The notes under the pieces are model-generated. The model saw nothing but the letters and a program-made list of their open reading frames with translations. It ran no database searches and was not told where the DNA came from. A DNA stretch of 64,000 bases from a virus, in the IMG/VR virus record IMGVR_UViG_3300047323_000545, one strand, 5' to 3'. Position numbers and translations under genes: made by a program. Below are positions 37,761 to 47,747 of this stretch, in pieces (position 1 is the first letter of the stretch; every line of letters begins with the position of its first letter).

Positions 37761-39979
37761 CAGTCCAGCCATGTGGTGTCATCCTCCTGTGCCGCCAGGA
37801 CGTGCTCCAGGTCGGCGTAGTGGGTCCCCTTGATGTCCAGGCGGTCGAGGTTCGCCGCCCGCACCCCCTCACCCTCGTTGATCAGCGCCTGCTGCTCAGC
37901 GAGAGAGAAGTCCTTCAGCGCCTGCCGCTTGAGGCCCGCCGTCATCGACGGCGTCAGGTCCGACGCCTCATCCGTCGGCACCGCCCCGTCCGTCGAGGGC
38001 AGCGCACCCTCCGGCTCGTCGTGCAGCTCCGCCTCCGTGCCGCCGGGCTCGAACAGCGCCGCCTCCAGACCCCCGTGGGCGTACGACTGCAGCGGCAGCT
38101 GCCGGTTCCAGCCCGCCGGGTCCCCGCCCGCGAGCGGTCCGGCCGACGCCGGGTTCTCCCAGGGCCTCTTCGGCGCCGTGGCTCCCGGCGCCTTGGGCAG
38201 CAGGTACGACGTCCCCGACGGCTCCCCGAACGGCGCGTCGGCATTGGCCAGCGGCCGGATGCCCGCCACGCTCAAGGCCAGCAGCAGCTCCTCCTGGTCC
38301 TCACCGGCGACCACGGTCGCACGGGCGACGACCGACATGGGCGCCTGCTGCAGGGAAGCGTGAGCGGCATGGCCGCCGGGAAAGTCGTGACGCTGGTGCT
38401 CCCAGAGGTGGTCGAAGAGGCCGTCGCCCTTGAACGTCCGGAAGTCCTCGTCGGGCGTGTTCATGTTCTTCCAAGAGACGCCCTTGAGGTGCACCCCGGC
38501 CCCAGGGTGGAGCGGGATCTCACTCTCGCCGTGGTCGTGGTAGCCGTAGATCATTCCGTCGGACTGGTCCGGGTCCTCGTCGATCGCGTGCCGGTCAGGC
38601 TTCTCCGCGTGGAAGACGACCGACGTGGGGTGAGTGCCGTGCCGGTTCGGGCGATCGTCCATCTCGCCGAAGGACTCGGCCACGCCGTGGTTGTCCGTCC
38701 AGTGGCGTCCCAGGCCCTCACTGCCCCGGGCCAGGTCGCTGTGCGGGAGTGACTTCATCAGGTGCTGGGCGCGCTCGTGCATCGGGCGGGACTCGTCGTG
38801 GACGATCGCGTGATCCTCGGGGCGCAGATGGACGTTGACGCCCCGGTGGATATCGCCAAGACCTTCGTGGATGCTGTCCCACTCGTTCGACTTCCGCTGC
38901 TTCTCCGCAAAGTAGTCGTGGTCGCCGTGTTCTTCGGCGTCCATGTCCCACATGGACGGCTCGGGGGCGTCCCACGAGGAGAGCTTGCGAGCGGTCGCCG
39001 GGGCGAGCCGGTTGGTGTCGGCGTCGATGTCGTAGCGGACGACGACATGGCGGGGTACCCAGGTGGGCTTGTGCTCGTCGGCGTTGACGTCGCGGCCGAA
39101 CATGCCCCTCGACTGGGCCTCGTACTGCAGGGCCAGCGCGTGGGAGCACATGCGCCCGGCGAACCGGCTGAAGTCGTCGTCGGCGCCCCAGTGGTAGGCG
39201 CCCCACTTGCAGCCGCAGGACCAAGAGTGCGCGGCCACCTTGCCCGGCATGCGCTGCAGGCCGGTCTCGTAGACGTGGTGGTCGCCCTTGACCTCGGCGT
39301 AGACCAGGCCGTCGGAGGCGAGGGTGACGCGCAGGCGGCCCTCGGAGCGGATCCGCTTGGCCTTGGCCACCACGTCGCGCCAGGCGGCCGTGATGTGGAA
39401 GCGGAAGTCGGTGTCAGCGGCGGCCGTCACGACCAGGTCGGAGAAGAGGGCGGACGCCTTCTTGGCCCACGGCGGCGCGTCGTCGTCGCCGTCGCTGGAG
39501 TCGTAGTCATCCTTGTCGTCGGAGTCGTCGTCCGAGTCCTTGGAGTCGTTTTCTCCGGAGTCGTCGTCGTTCTCCGAGTCGTCCGAATCCGGCTCGTCGC
39601 TGTCGCTGTCGGCAAAGGGGTTCTTGCCCGCCGTGACGAACTGGCGGGCCGGGTCCGGGCGCTCGACGAGGATCTGGGACAGCTCCGGGTAGTCGACGGC
39701 CGCCGTCTGCTCCATGGCCTCGGCGGTGATCGGCGCCGGGCTGAGCTGGGAGGCCGTGTACCGGCCGCCACCCAGACCTCGGTCCAGCACGACCTCGTAC
39801 TCCTCGGAGCCGGGGAAGGGGCCGTCCTCGACGTGCTTGACGACGCCGGTGACACCGTCGATCGTCTGTACCCGCTGCTCGGGCTTGTACTCCCAGTAGT
39901 CCTCGGAGCGCACCGCGAGACGCTGCACGCCCAGGGTCTGGTGCTCCAGGCGCTCGCTGCGCTCGAACTTGCCGCCCAC
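37760..39979 (-). CDS. Multidomain head-associated protein with SWIM Zn finger and ADP-ribosyltransferase-like domain
   Basis: WSCGC...MCSHALAL; IHRG...GLGRHWTD..VAESF...GESEIPLHPG; acidic D/S tract. Confidence 0.7.
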   Translation of the reverse strand: MGGKFERSERLEHQTLGVQRLAVRSEDYWEYKPEQRVQTIDGVTGVVKHVEDGPFPGSEEYEVVLDRGLGGGRYTASQLSPAPITAEAMEQTAAVDYPELSQILVERPDPARQFVTAGKNPFADSDSDEPDSDDSENDDDSGENDSKDSDDDSDDKDDYDSSDGDDDAPPWAKKASALFSDLVVTAAADTDFRFHITAAWRDVVAKAKRIRSEGRLRVTLASDGLVYAEVKGDHHVYETGLQRMPGKVAAHSWSCGCKWGAYHWGADDDFSRFAGRMCSHALALQYEAQSRGMFGRDVNADEHKPTWVPRHVVVRYDIDADTNRLAPATARKLSSWDAPEPSMWDMDAEEHGDHDYFAEKQRKSNEWDSIHEGLGDIHRGVNVHLRPEDHAIVHDESRPMHERAQHLMKSLPHSDLARGSEGLGRHWTDNHGVAESFGEMDDRPNRHGTHPTSVVFHAEKPDRHAIDEDPDQSDGMIYGYHDHGESEIPLHPGAGVHLKGVSWKNMNTPDEDFRTFKGDGLFDHLWEHQRHDFPGGHAAHASLQQAPMSVVARATVVAGEDQEELLLALSVAGIRPLANADAPFGEPSGTSYLLPKAPGATAPKRPWENPASAGPLAGGDPAGWNRQLPLQSYAHGGLEAALFEPGGTEAELHDEPEGALPSTDGAVPTDEASDLTPSMTAGLKRQALKDFSLAEQQALINEGEGVRAANLDRLDIKGTHYADLEHVLAAQEDDTTWLD

Positions 39980-40007
39980 CGGCGCCTCCCTCAACGACCG
40001 AAACCCT

Positions 40008-40042
40008 TCAGCCCTTGGGGGTCGCTGCCGGTGGGGCGACAG
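40008..40042 (-). promoter_or_regulatory. Putative late promoter
   Basis: CTGTC-N21-AAGGGCTGA. Confidence 0.68.
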
Positions 40043-40052
40043 CAAGGGGCAT

Positions 40053-40421
40053 TCAGTGGAAGACGGCGAACAGAGAGATGGCGGCGATGATCAGGGAGAT
40101 GCCTGGGATGATGCCCTTGTAGAGGAAGTCGCGGCGGCCTTGCTGGCGGGAGCGCTCCTCTTCGGAGCGGGAGCGCGCCTCTTCGGACGCTTCCTCCTCC
40201 AGCTTCTTCACCGCCTCTTCCAGGTGGTCGACGCGCTGCTGCAGGAGACGCTTTTCTGCTTCGAAGTGATCGCGGGTAACGAAGCCGTCCAGGCGCTTCT
40301 TGACGTCGTTCAGCTCCTGCTTGATCTGCCCGTATGTCAGGCTGACGCGTTCGCGAGTGTTGTCCGAGTCACGCTCGATCAGCCGCCACAGCTCCCCGAT
40401 GCTCTGGGGTTCGGTCGTCAT
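40053..40421 (-). CDS. Coiled-coil protein with C-terminal TM (lysis accessory)
   Basis: MTTEPQSIGELWR...GIIPGISLIIAAISLFAVFH; next to the endolysins. Confidence 0.65.
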   Translation of the reverse strand: MTTEPQSIGELWRLIERDSDNTRERVSLTYGQIKQELNDVKKRLDGFVTRDHFEAEKRLLQQRVDHLEEAVKKLEEEASEEARSRSEEERSRQQGRRDFLYKGIIPGISLIIAAISLFAVFH

Positions 40422-40450
40422 GGGCGCAACTCCTAGGTGGGGGTGGGTCC

Positions 40451-40486
40451 TCACCCCTTGGCGGCAGTGCTCAGTGGTCCAGACAG
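40451..40486 (-). promoter_or_regulatory. Putative late promoter
   Basis: CTGTC-N22-AAGGGGTGA. Confidence 0.72.
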
Positions 40487-40537
40487 GGCGAAGGCCCGGA
40501 TTGCGGACGATCACAATCCGGGCCTTCACTGTGGGTG

Positions 40538-41413
40538 TTACTTCTTGCGCAGACCGTTGGCGACCTCGAAGGCGTACTGCCAGGTCTTCGGGCCGCACAG
40601 GCCGTCGGCCGGGCCGAGCGCCGACAGGTAGTGCTGCTGCAGCGCCTTGACCTTCTTCAGGTCGATGGATGACATCGTCTCGGACGGGCCGACGGCGTAC
40701 TCCGGGCCCCAGTTGCCCTTGTCGAGCCACTTCTGCAGCTGCAGGGCGTACTTGTTCCTCGCGCCGAGCCTGAAGTACTCACGGCCGGGGAAGGCCGGGC
40801 ACTTCGGGGTGCTCGGGGTCGGCTTGCTCGGCGTGGGCGGAGTCGGCGGCTTGGGAGCGACCGGGGCCGACCAGCGCCAGGAGGCGACCGCCTTGCCGCC
40901 GCGCGGGTCGGCAGGGTCGGCCGTGGGCGGGCAGACGCCGTCGGGGAAGTGCGGGGCGAAGTATCCGGCGACCTTGGTGGCGCGGCGGGCGGTGACGTGG
41001 GACCAGACGCCGTTGCCCTGGCCGTTGTCCTCGGACCCGGTCTTGATCGAGTTCCCGCCCTTGGTGTACACCCAGGTCTCGTCGAAGCCGACGACGATCT
41101 CAGTGTGCGCGCCGTTCGAGAAGTCGACGAGCGCTCCCACCGAGGGGTACTCGGACCACAGGCCGTGCTGCTTGGCGTAGGCCGCCATGGCCGCCACGGA
41201 GGCTGTCTTGGGCACGATCGCATCGAGGCCGACGTCGTGGAACATGTCCCAGTCGAAGATCATGCACCACGCGACGCCGTCCCAGCCGTACTCCTTGCCG
41301 AACGGGGTGTGGTTGTCCCAGCCCTCGACGGAGTTCCAGGTCTCGTAGATCTTCTCGGGTATGGACTGGACGTGGTCGACGAGGCGGCGCCAGTCGGGGG
41401 TCGAATCGGTCAC
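40538..41413 (-). CDS. Endolysin, CHAP-like domain + Pro linker + peptidoglycan-binding domain
   Basis: VAWCMIF...HTEIV...KGGNS; PAFPG..F...LQKWL...ADGLCGPKTW. Confidence 0.85.
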   Translation of the reverse strand: MTDSTPDWRRLVDHVQSIPEKIYETWNSVEGWDNHTPFGKEYGWDGVAWCMIFDWDMFHDVGLDAIVPKTASVAAMAAYAKQHGLWSEYPSVGALVDFSNGAHTEIVVGFDETWVYTKGGNSIKTGSEDNGQGNGVWSHVTARRATKVAGYFAPHFPDGVCPPTADPADPRGGKAVASWRWSAPVAPKPPTPPTPSKPTPSTPKCPAFPGREYFRLGARNKYALQLQKWLDKGNWGPEYAVGPSETMSSIDLKKVKALQQHYLSALGPADGLCGPKTWQYAFEVANGLRKK

Positions 41414-41440
41414 GGGTTCCTCCCGGAGGGTGGTGAGATC

Positions 41441-41474
41441 TCACCCCTTCGGTTGGAACCCGTGACCGAGACAG
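41441..41474 (-). promoter_or_regulatory. Putative late promoter
   Basis: CTGTC-N20-AAGGGGTGA. Confidence 0.72.
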
Positions 41475-41477
41475 CAA

Positions 41478-42275
41478 TCAGTGGCTGTGAGGTACCTGCA
41501 GGGCCCGCCAGATGGTCTCGTTGGGCACGCCGGTGTACGCGCCGCCAGGAGAGCCGCACGTCACGTGCCAGTTGCCCCACGCGGTGAGGTCGCCGGAGCC
41601 GATGTCGGCGGTCGGCGTGTAGCTGCCTGCACCGACCGCGATCAGGCGCTGGGCTGCAGCCAGGACGAGCGGCGACGTCCGGCCGATGTCGAACCAGTCG
41701 GCGCCGGGGTATGGCGCGTAGGCCGCCGCCGTGCCGGAGGACGTCTTGAGCAGGGTGCCGTCGTCGACCCAGCCCGGGTCGGCGGTCACCATCGGGCTGC
41801 AGTACTTCGGGTATCCGTAGCCGTAGACGTTGGTGTCGGAGCGGTTGCGCACCCGCAGGTAGACGCCGTCGCCCTCGGCCGCACCGGTGGTGTTTGAATT
41901 GCCTTCTATCGTCCAGATCTGGGTGGAGTTGTAGGCATACACCAGGCCGGTGTGGTCACCGCCGTTGGTGCCCAGCATGACCTGCGCGCCGACCGCCGGG
42001 TACCAGCTCCACCGGTTCCAGGACTGGTAGGTGTTGATGACCTCCAGGCAGTCGGGGCTGTTGGGGATGATGCCGACATCACCGGCCCGGTAGGCCAGCC
42101 ACAGCAGGAAGATGACGCACCAGGACTGGCCGTCGTACCCGGCCATCCCGGGCGTCTCCTTGGCGTACTTGTTCAGGTTCGACCAGGTGTTGGAGACATA
42201 GTCCTCCTGGTACTTGATGGCGGCTTCCTGCTGCCCGAGTTCGAACAGCGTCTGGGGCGCGATTGCGGCTACCAC
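41478..42275 (-). CDS. Second CHAP-domain lysin with PG-binding tail
   Basis: QSWCVIF...DHTGLV...TIEGNS...YGYGYP; PYPGADWF; GTG start at 42275. Confidence 0.82.
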   Translation of the reverse strand: MVAAIAPQTLFELGQQEAAIKYQEDYVSNTWSNLNKYAKETPGMAGYDGQSWCVIFLLWLAYRAGDVGIIPNSPDCLEVINTYQSWNRWSWYPAVGAQVMLGTNGGDHTGLVYAYNSTQIWTIEGNSNTTGAAEGDGVYLRVRNRSDTNVYGYGYPKYCSPMVTADPGWVDDGTLLKTSSGTAAAYAPYPGADWFDIGRTSPLVLAAAQRLIAVGAGSYTPTADIGSGDLTAWGNWHVTCGSPGGAYTGVPNETIWRALQVPHSH

Positions 42276-42289
42276 GGGGGCTCCAGGGG

Positions 42290-45200
42290 TCAGGACGGGT
42301 CGAGGATGCGCCAGCCGACCGTCGAGGTGTCGCTGGCCGACGTTGAGGTGACGGCGAACGAGGTGCCCGCCGTCCGCGCGGAGACGTACGGGGTGCCGAC
42401 CGTGCCGCCCGGGGCCTGGGTGGTCAGCATGACGACGCTGCCCGCCCCGATCGCCGTGGTGTTCACGGTGGCCGTGCCGCCGACGAGGACGACCGTGCCC
42501 ATACGGGCGCCAGTGCCGGTCGCGGGCACCACGGTGCGCCCGGCCAGCGTGACGGAGCCGTCGCCCTGGCCGAGGAGGTTGACGGTGCCGTTCAGGGCGT
42601 TCGGCTTGACCGCGATCAGGCCCAGCGCGGTGCCGTACGTGCCCGCGTCCGCCCTGAGGCAGGTGGTGGCGCCCGAGCCGGGCGACGCCTCCACGACGCC
42701 GCTGAGGATCGCGCCGGAGGTCGCGTTGGTGAGCCAGACGCTCGTACCGTCGGACGCCTCGGTGTAGAAGCCGCTGACGACCGTGCCGTTGCCGCCGTAG
42801 ATGATCAGGCCGGTGGTGCACTGCTCGGCGCCGGAGCCGGTGATGTTGACGGCCAGGCAGTTGTCCAGCCGGTACCCGGCCGGAGTGTTGGAGGCGGAGC
42901 AGGCATTCAGGGTCGTGTAGGCCATGCCGTCGAGCCAGAAGCCGCCGGTGACGTTGCCTTCGGCGGAGCACGAGATCAGCGACGTCGAGGTACCGCCCAG
43001 GACGGTGTCCTGCGGAGAGCGCAGGTGGAAGCCGAGGCCGCCACAGGTCCGCACCCGCACGCGGTGCAGCGTGCTGGAAGCCAGCTCGTGGCAGAAGACA
43101 CCGTCGCCGCCAAAGCTCTGGATGAGCATGTCCCGCAGGCTGATGTTCGCGGTCGACGGCGCGGAGAAGCGGGTGAAGCGCACGCCGGAGCCGTAGCCGC
43201 GCCCGGGGCCGGACAGCTGCAGCGCCTGCAGGGTGACGCCGCTGATGTCGGTGCCGGTGATGCAGTCCAGGGTCTGGTTGGTCGACTGCAGGATGGACAC
43301 GCGGGCGCCCGCGCCGATCGCGTTGACGCCGCTGGCCCAGGTGAGCGAGGCGTTCAGGATGTAGCGGCCCGCCGGGAAGTACAGCGTGCCGCCCCCGGCC
43401 GCGCTGGCCGCGTTGATGGCGGCCTGGATCGCCGGGGCGTCGTCGGTGACGCCGTCGCCCTTGGCGTTGTACTTCTTGACGTTCAGCCAGTCCACCGCGA
43501 GCGAGGGCCGCGTCGCGCGCACCGGCGCAGTGGTTGGGCCGGTCGCCGTGGTGACGGTGGCGCCGATCGTGACGGCCGTGTTGGTGCCGTCGTCGTACAG
43601 GCCCTGAGCGTCGGCGTGGAGGTAGGCGATGTCGAGCTGGACGTTGGAGGCGCCGGACAGGCGGACGCCGTACTGGGGCGAGTTGGTGCCGCTGCCGTTG
43701 TCGTCCACGCCCGGGTAGCAGGTCAGTCCGCTGACCACGACCGGCATGGTGGAGCCGACCAGGGACAGGCCCGCGTAGTTCGCGCCGCCGGAGCCGCCGT
43801 TGCGGCCGTCACGGCGGGTGACCAGCTCGCCGATGGTCAGCGGGCCGTTGCCGGTGGCGTCCACGCGCACGCCGTCCCAGCCGTTGCGGTCCGTGCTGCA
43901 GGCGGACATGACGGCGCCGCCGGAGCCCGCGCCGTTGCCCCAGGAGCCAGTGATGTAGTAGCCGTAGTTGCCGTTCCACTCCGAGCGGCAGCCCAGGAGG
44001 GTGGAGTTGGCGATGTTGTTGAGGATGAAGCCGGTCGCCCAGCAGCCGATGACCTGGCAGTCGTCCAGGGTGATGTCGGTCATGCGGTTGAGCAGCATGC
44101 CGTTGCCACGGCAGTTGTCGACCATGACCGAGTGCAGGCGCCAGGAGTACGGGAAGACGTTGCTGACCCCGGCGGTGACGATGCCGTTGTTGGACATCTT
44201 CCGGATCGTCACGTTGCGCATGACGAGGTTCTGGACGTTCCCGGCGGCGTAGATGCCGTCGACCGGCTTGGTGCCGTCCAGCGTCGAGCCGTCGAGCATG
44301 ATGTCCTGCAGCCGGTGCTCGGCCGCCAGGCTGGAGTAGCCGCCGGTGGTCTGGTCCTGGTAGGTCAGCAGCGCGGTGCCCGTGAAGGAGGCCAGCGGCT
44401 GGATGTAGGACGGCGGGTCGGTCAGGCCCGGTCCGGACATCAGGCTGGAGTGCACGCCCTGCAGGACCACGCCCGGCTTCGGCTTCAGGGTGGCGCTGGT
44501 GCGGTAGACGCCCGCCGGGAAGTAGACGATGCCGCCGGAGGGGCAGGCGTCGATCGCGGCCTGGATCGCGGCCCGGTCGTCGGTGGCGCCGTCGCCCTTG
44601 GCACCGTAGAGCTTGTCCTTGACGTTGTACCAGGCCAGCGCGGAGCCGCCGAGCTGGGCGACGGTGGCGTAGTCCTGCGGGTTCACGCCGTCGGCCGCGC
44701 CGGTGATGCGCTGGCCGTTCAGGGGGATGCTGGCCGTCGGCAGTCCCACCTGGTGCAGCAGCGGCATCTGGTGGACGTGCTGGGCGTCGGCCGCCTTGCC
44801 GCTGGCCCCGGCCGCCCGGGTCCCCAGGGCCTGGATATCGGTGTTGTCACCGCTGATCGGCGTGGCGCTCCCGCCGCCGGTGCCGAGGTTGGCAGGCAGC
44901 TGGTCCAGGGGTACGCGGCCGGAGCCGTCCAGTCCCGCGTACCCGTTGGGCAGGCCGCGCGTGTTGACGGGCTGGAAGAAGATGCCCGGCGCGAGGGCCT
45001 CGGCCAGCCGGGGCGCGGTGGCCAGGTCGACCGTCCCGCCGTCGTACGGCACGGCGATGAAGTAGGTGGCCGTGGCCAGCCCGGACAGCGTCTCGGTCAC
45101 CTCGTAGGTGCCGCCGCCGACCGGAAGCGTGTCGGGGTCGTTGGTGGCCTGGACGCTCAGGGATATCTTCCCCAGGGAGTCGAGCGTGGCCGTGTACGGC

Positions 45201-45325
45201 CGCCGGTCGGCGATCTCCCCGCTGTTGGTGAGCACGCCGACGAGCTGCAGCCGAACCGTTCCGCTGCGGGGATTGCCCGAGCCGTCCGTGTAGGTCCGCG
45301 TGACCGGAACCAGCGTGAATGTCAT
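42290..45325 (-). CDS. Fibre/spike with two tandem pectate-lyase-like beta-helix domains
   Basis: Two NVK..GAKGDG.TDD..AIQAAI.A...YFPAG.Y motifs, each followed by parallel beta-helix repeats. Confidence 0.85.
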   Translation of the reverse strand: MTFTLVPVTRTYTDGSGNPRSGTVRLQLVGVLTNSGEIADRRPYTATLDSLGKISLSVQATNDPDTLPVGGGTYEVTETLSGLATATYFIAVPYDGGTVDLATAPRLAEALAPGIFFQPVNTRGLPNGYAGLDGSGRVPLDQLPANLGTGGGSATPISGDNTDIQALGTRAAGASGKAADAQHVHQMPLLHQVGLPTASIPLNGQRITGAADGVNPQDYATVAQLGGSALAWYNVKDKLYGAKGDGATDDRAAIQAAIDACPSGGIVYFPAGVYRTSATLKPKPGVVLQGVHSSLMSGPGLTDPPSYIQPLASFTGTALLTYQDQTTGGYSSLAAEHRLQDIMLDGSTLDGTKPVDGIYAAGNVQNLVMRNVTIRKMSNNGIVTAGVSNVFPYSWRLHSVMVDNCRGNGMLLNRMTDITLDDCQVIGCWATGFILNNIANSTLLGCRSEWNGNYGYYITGSWGNGAGSGGAVMSACSTDRNGWDGVRVDATGNGPLTIGELVTRRDGRNGGSGGANYAGLSLVGSTMPVVVSGLTCYPGVDDNGSGTNSPQYGVRLSGASNVQLDIAYLHADAQGLYDDGTNTAVTIGATVTTATGPTTAPVRATRPSLAVDWLNVKKYNAKGDGVTDDAPAIQAAINAASAAGGGTLYFPAGRYILNASLTWASGVNAIGAGARVSILQSTNQTLDCITGTDISGVTLQALQLSGPGRGYGSGVRFTRFSAPSTANISLRDMLIQSFGGDGVFCHELASSTLHRVRVRTCGGLGFHLRSPQDTVLGGTSTSLISCSAEGNVTGGFWLDGMAYTTLNACSASNTPAGYRLDNCLAVNITGSGAEQCTTGLIIYGGNGTVVSGFYTEASDGTSVWLTNATSGAILSGVVEASPGSGATTCLRADAGTYGTALGLIAVKPNALNGTVNLLGQGDGSVTLAGRTVVPATGTGARMGTVVLVGGTATVNTTAIGAGSVVMLTTQAPGGTVGTPYVSARTAGTSFAVTSTSASDTSTVGWRILDPS

Positions 45326-47505
45326 ACCTGCAGCTCCATGTTGATGTCGGCCTCCGTGATGTGGCGGCGCATGCCGAGGTGGCGCGGGCCCTGGTAAAGG
45401 CCGACGGCCTGCTTGCGCTCGATCGCCTCGGGGACCGGAACCTCGGCGTCGTCCTCGACGACCGGCTTGACCGGCACCTTGACCTTGGGCTGGTGCTCGT
45501 CGGCCAGGGCCTTCATCCGCTCGTGGTTCTGGAACAGACCCACCACGTCGTCCAGGCGCGGCCGGGGGTACGGGATCAGCGAGGACTGCTTGGGCATGTC
45601 ACCGCGCGCCTCGTCGGACTCGTCGGGGCGCTGCTCTGCGCCGCCCTGGCTGCCGTCGACCGGCTCCGTCTCCATGCCGGGCTGGGCGACCCCACCGTCC
45701 GGCGGCGTTGAGGTCAGGTCCTGCATGGTCGGCGCGATCGTGGGCTGCGTGGTGACCGGGTCCATGCCGAGGATCGGGATCCGCGACGGCGCGGTCGGCA
45801 TCGCGCTGGGGTCCTGGGACTCGTCCAGGGCGCGCGGCTCGAAGTCGGAGCGCAGGTCCTGGCCGATGGGCAGGCCCTTGTCCTTGAGCGCGACATAGAT
45901 GGCCTTGCGGGTCTCCTGCTCGGCCACCGCCATCTCGACGGCCTCGTCGCGCGACTTCTCGATCTCCTCGTCGAAGTCGATGTTGATGTTGTGCAGCCGG
46001 GTCTTCATGCTGATCGGCACCCCGGCCTCGCGCAGGGCCTCGAAGAACTCGTTCTGCGCGGCCTCGTCCTGCAAGCTCATGGTCTTGAACTGCAGGTCGG
46101 GGATCAGCAGCTTCGGCTGCTCGACGATCCGGCCCTCGCCGGTCTCCTCGTCGATCTCGTAGATCTCCTCCATCTTCACGTACCGCTTGCCGTTGCGCTC
46201 TTCGTAGTCGAAGTGCTCCTGGGCCTCGGCGACGACGAGGGCCCGCTGGCGGTAGTGGGAGGAGATGAGGTTCTGGTAGTTGGTCAGCATCTGCGTGACC
46301 AGGTCGCGGTTGAGGGCGTCGGCCGCGTACGTCTCACCGGAGGACGCACCGGCGAGCATGGTCTTGGACAGGCCGAAGGTCTGCAGGACCCGTCCCTCGA
46401 TCCGGTCAAAGTCGCCGGTCAGGTCGGGGATGTCCTCCTTGCCCAGCACCGACTCCATCTGGACCGCGAAGTGGGTCATGATGATGCGGAAGTCGCCCGC
46501 GAGGGCCGCGTCCACGGCCTCCTCGAAGTCGGCGAGGTCGTCCATGGTCGGGATCCACGGCACGTTCGTGCCGAGGTCGGACGCAGACGCGCCGAGCTTG
46601 GCGTGGATGAGCGGCGTGTACAGCCTGTCGGCGATGGAGTCGACGGCCGCGTTCAACATTTCTTCCTGCATGAGCGAACGCATCGCTCTGTACAGCAGCG
46701 GGATGCCCCGGGGGTTGAACGTGTCCGCCTCGAACTTGATCTGCCGCAGCAGGATGTTCGACACCGGCATGAGGGCGTTGTCGTCGGAGTAGTACGTCAG
46801 CTCCGGGTACGCCGTGATGAGCTTCTCGTACTCCCAGGCGGGCTGCCGGGTGCGGATCAGCTCCTTCATGCTCTGCGGGAGCCGGATCAGGAACCGGGGC
46901 TCGCGCAGGAACGGGCTCGGCTGCACCTCGACGTCGTCGGGGTTCAGCAGCTCCTCGTCGTCCCAGACACCGAGGTCCTCGTTGAAGGTACCCAGCGGCC
47001 ACGCCTCGCCGGTGGTCCAGTACTCCCGGCCCATCTTGACCAGGAACTTCTGGTAGTCCAGGCCGTCCTCGGAGAGGAAGTGGTCCGTGTAGAACTCCGT
47101 GAGCCGCTCGTCCTTGCACGTCATCTTCAGTCCGAGCAGCGGGTACTTCGAGTAGATGTCGACGCAGGAGCCGACCAGCGGATGCGAGATGTAAAGAAGT
47201 CGGCAGTACGCCCGCATCTTCTGCATCTGCGCCGGGTCGTCGAACTGGAACGGGAGATTATTTTGTCTCCAATAAAACAGCGGGTCGCGCGGCCTGACCG
47301 TGGCGAAGTCCACCGAAGGACCGCCCGCACCGCCGCCGGTGAAGCCCGCCGCTGCCGTCCTCCGTTGGGCGACGCGCCGGTTGGCGCGCATCTCGGCCTC
47401 TTCGCCCGACTCGCTCGGCCGCGAGGAAAAGCGGCGGAACAAGCGGTCGATCCGTGACTGCTCGCCGTCGTAGTTCGGCTGGGCTCCGCCCCGCTGGCTT
47501 GCCAT
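45322..47505 (-). CDS. Portal protein
   Basis: HPLVGSCVDIYSKYP, REYWTTGEAWP, RGIPLLYRA; size and position. Confidence 0.8.
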   Translation of the reverse strand: MASQRGGAQPNYDGEQSRIDRLFRRFSSRPSESGEEAEMRANRRVAQRRTAAAGFTGGGAGGPSVDFATVRPRDPLFYWRQNNLPFQFDDPAQMQKMRAYCRLLYISHPLVGSCVDIYSKYPLLGLKMTCKDERLTEFYTDHFLSEDGLDYQKFLVKMGREYWTTGEAWPLGTFNEDLGVWDDEELLNPDDVEVQPSPFLREPRFLIRLPQSMKELIRTRQPAWEYEKLITAYPELTYYSDDNALMPVSNILLRQIKFEADTFNPRGIPLLYRAMRSLMQEEMLNAAVDSIADRLYTPLIHAKLGASASDLGTNVPWIPTMDDLADFEEAVDAALAGDFRIIMTHFAVQMESVLGKEDIPDLTGDFDRIEGRVLQTFGLSKTMLAGASSGETYAADALNRDLVTQMLTNYQNLISSHYRQRALVVAEAQEHFDYEERNGKRYVKMEEIYEIDEETGEGRIVEQPKLLIPDLQFKTMSLQDEAAQNEFFEALREAGVPISMKTRLHNINIDFDEEIEKSRDEAVEMAVAEQETRKAIYVALKDKGLPIGQDLRSDFEPRALDESQDPSAMPTAPSRIPILGMDPVTTQPTIAPTMQDLTSTPPDGGVAQPGMETEPVDGSQGGAEQRPDESDEARGDMPKQSSLIPYPRPRLDDVVGLFQNHERMKALADEHQPKVKVPVKPVVEDDAEVPVPEAIERKQAVGLYQGPRHLGMRRHITEADINMELQV

Positions 47506-47523
47506 GAATCCTCCTGTGGTGGC

Positions 47524-47558
47524 TCACCCCTTGGGGGTGGGCGAGCCGCCACAGACAG
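47524..47558 (-). promoter_or_regulatory. Putative late promoter
   Basis: CTGTC-N21-AAGGGGTGA. Confidence 0.75.
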
Positions 47559-47564
47559 GGCCGA

Positions 47565-47747
47565 TCAGGAGGAGGGGGTCTTCCTCCGCGTCTTCTTCAC
47601 CGGCTCCGCCGGGGATGCGTCGGCGTACCCGTACGACTGCAGCTGGGCCGCGCGGGCCTCCTGGCCCTCAGGCAGCTCCAGCACCTCACCGGAGGCGTAG
47701 ACGACGCCGTCCAGCTCCAGCGTCACCAGGGCGCGCAGGGAGATCAC
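47565..47747 (-). CDS. Small hypothetical virion protein
   Basis: Coupled ORF, GGAGG SD. Confidence 0.6.
   Translation of the reverse strand: MISLRALVTLELDGVVYASGEVLELPEGQEARAAQLQSYGYADASPAEPVKKTRRKTPSS

Noticed and set aside
39480-39612. GAC/TCC-rich low-complexity DNA as a tandem repeat element
   Set aside because: Simply encodes an Asp/Ser tract in the protein
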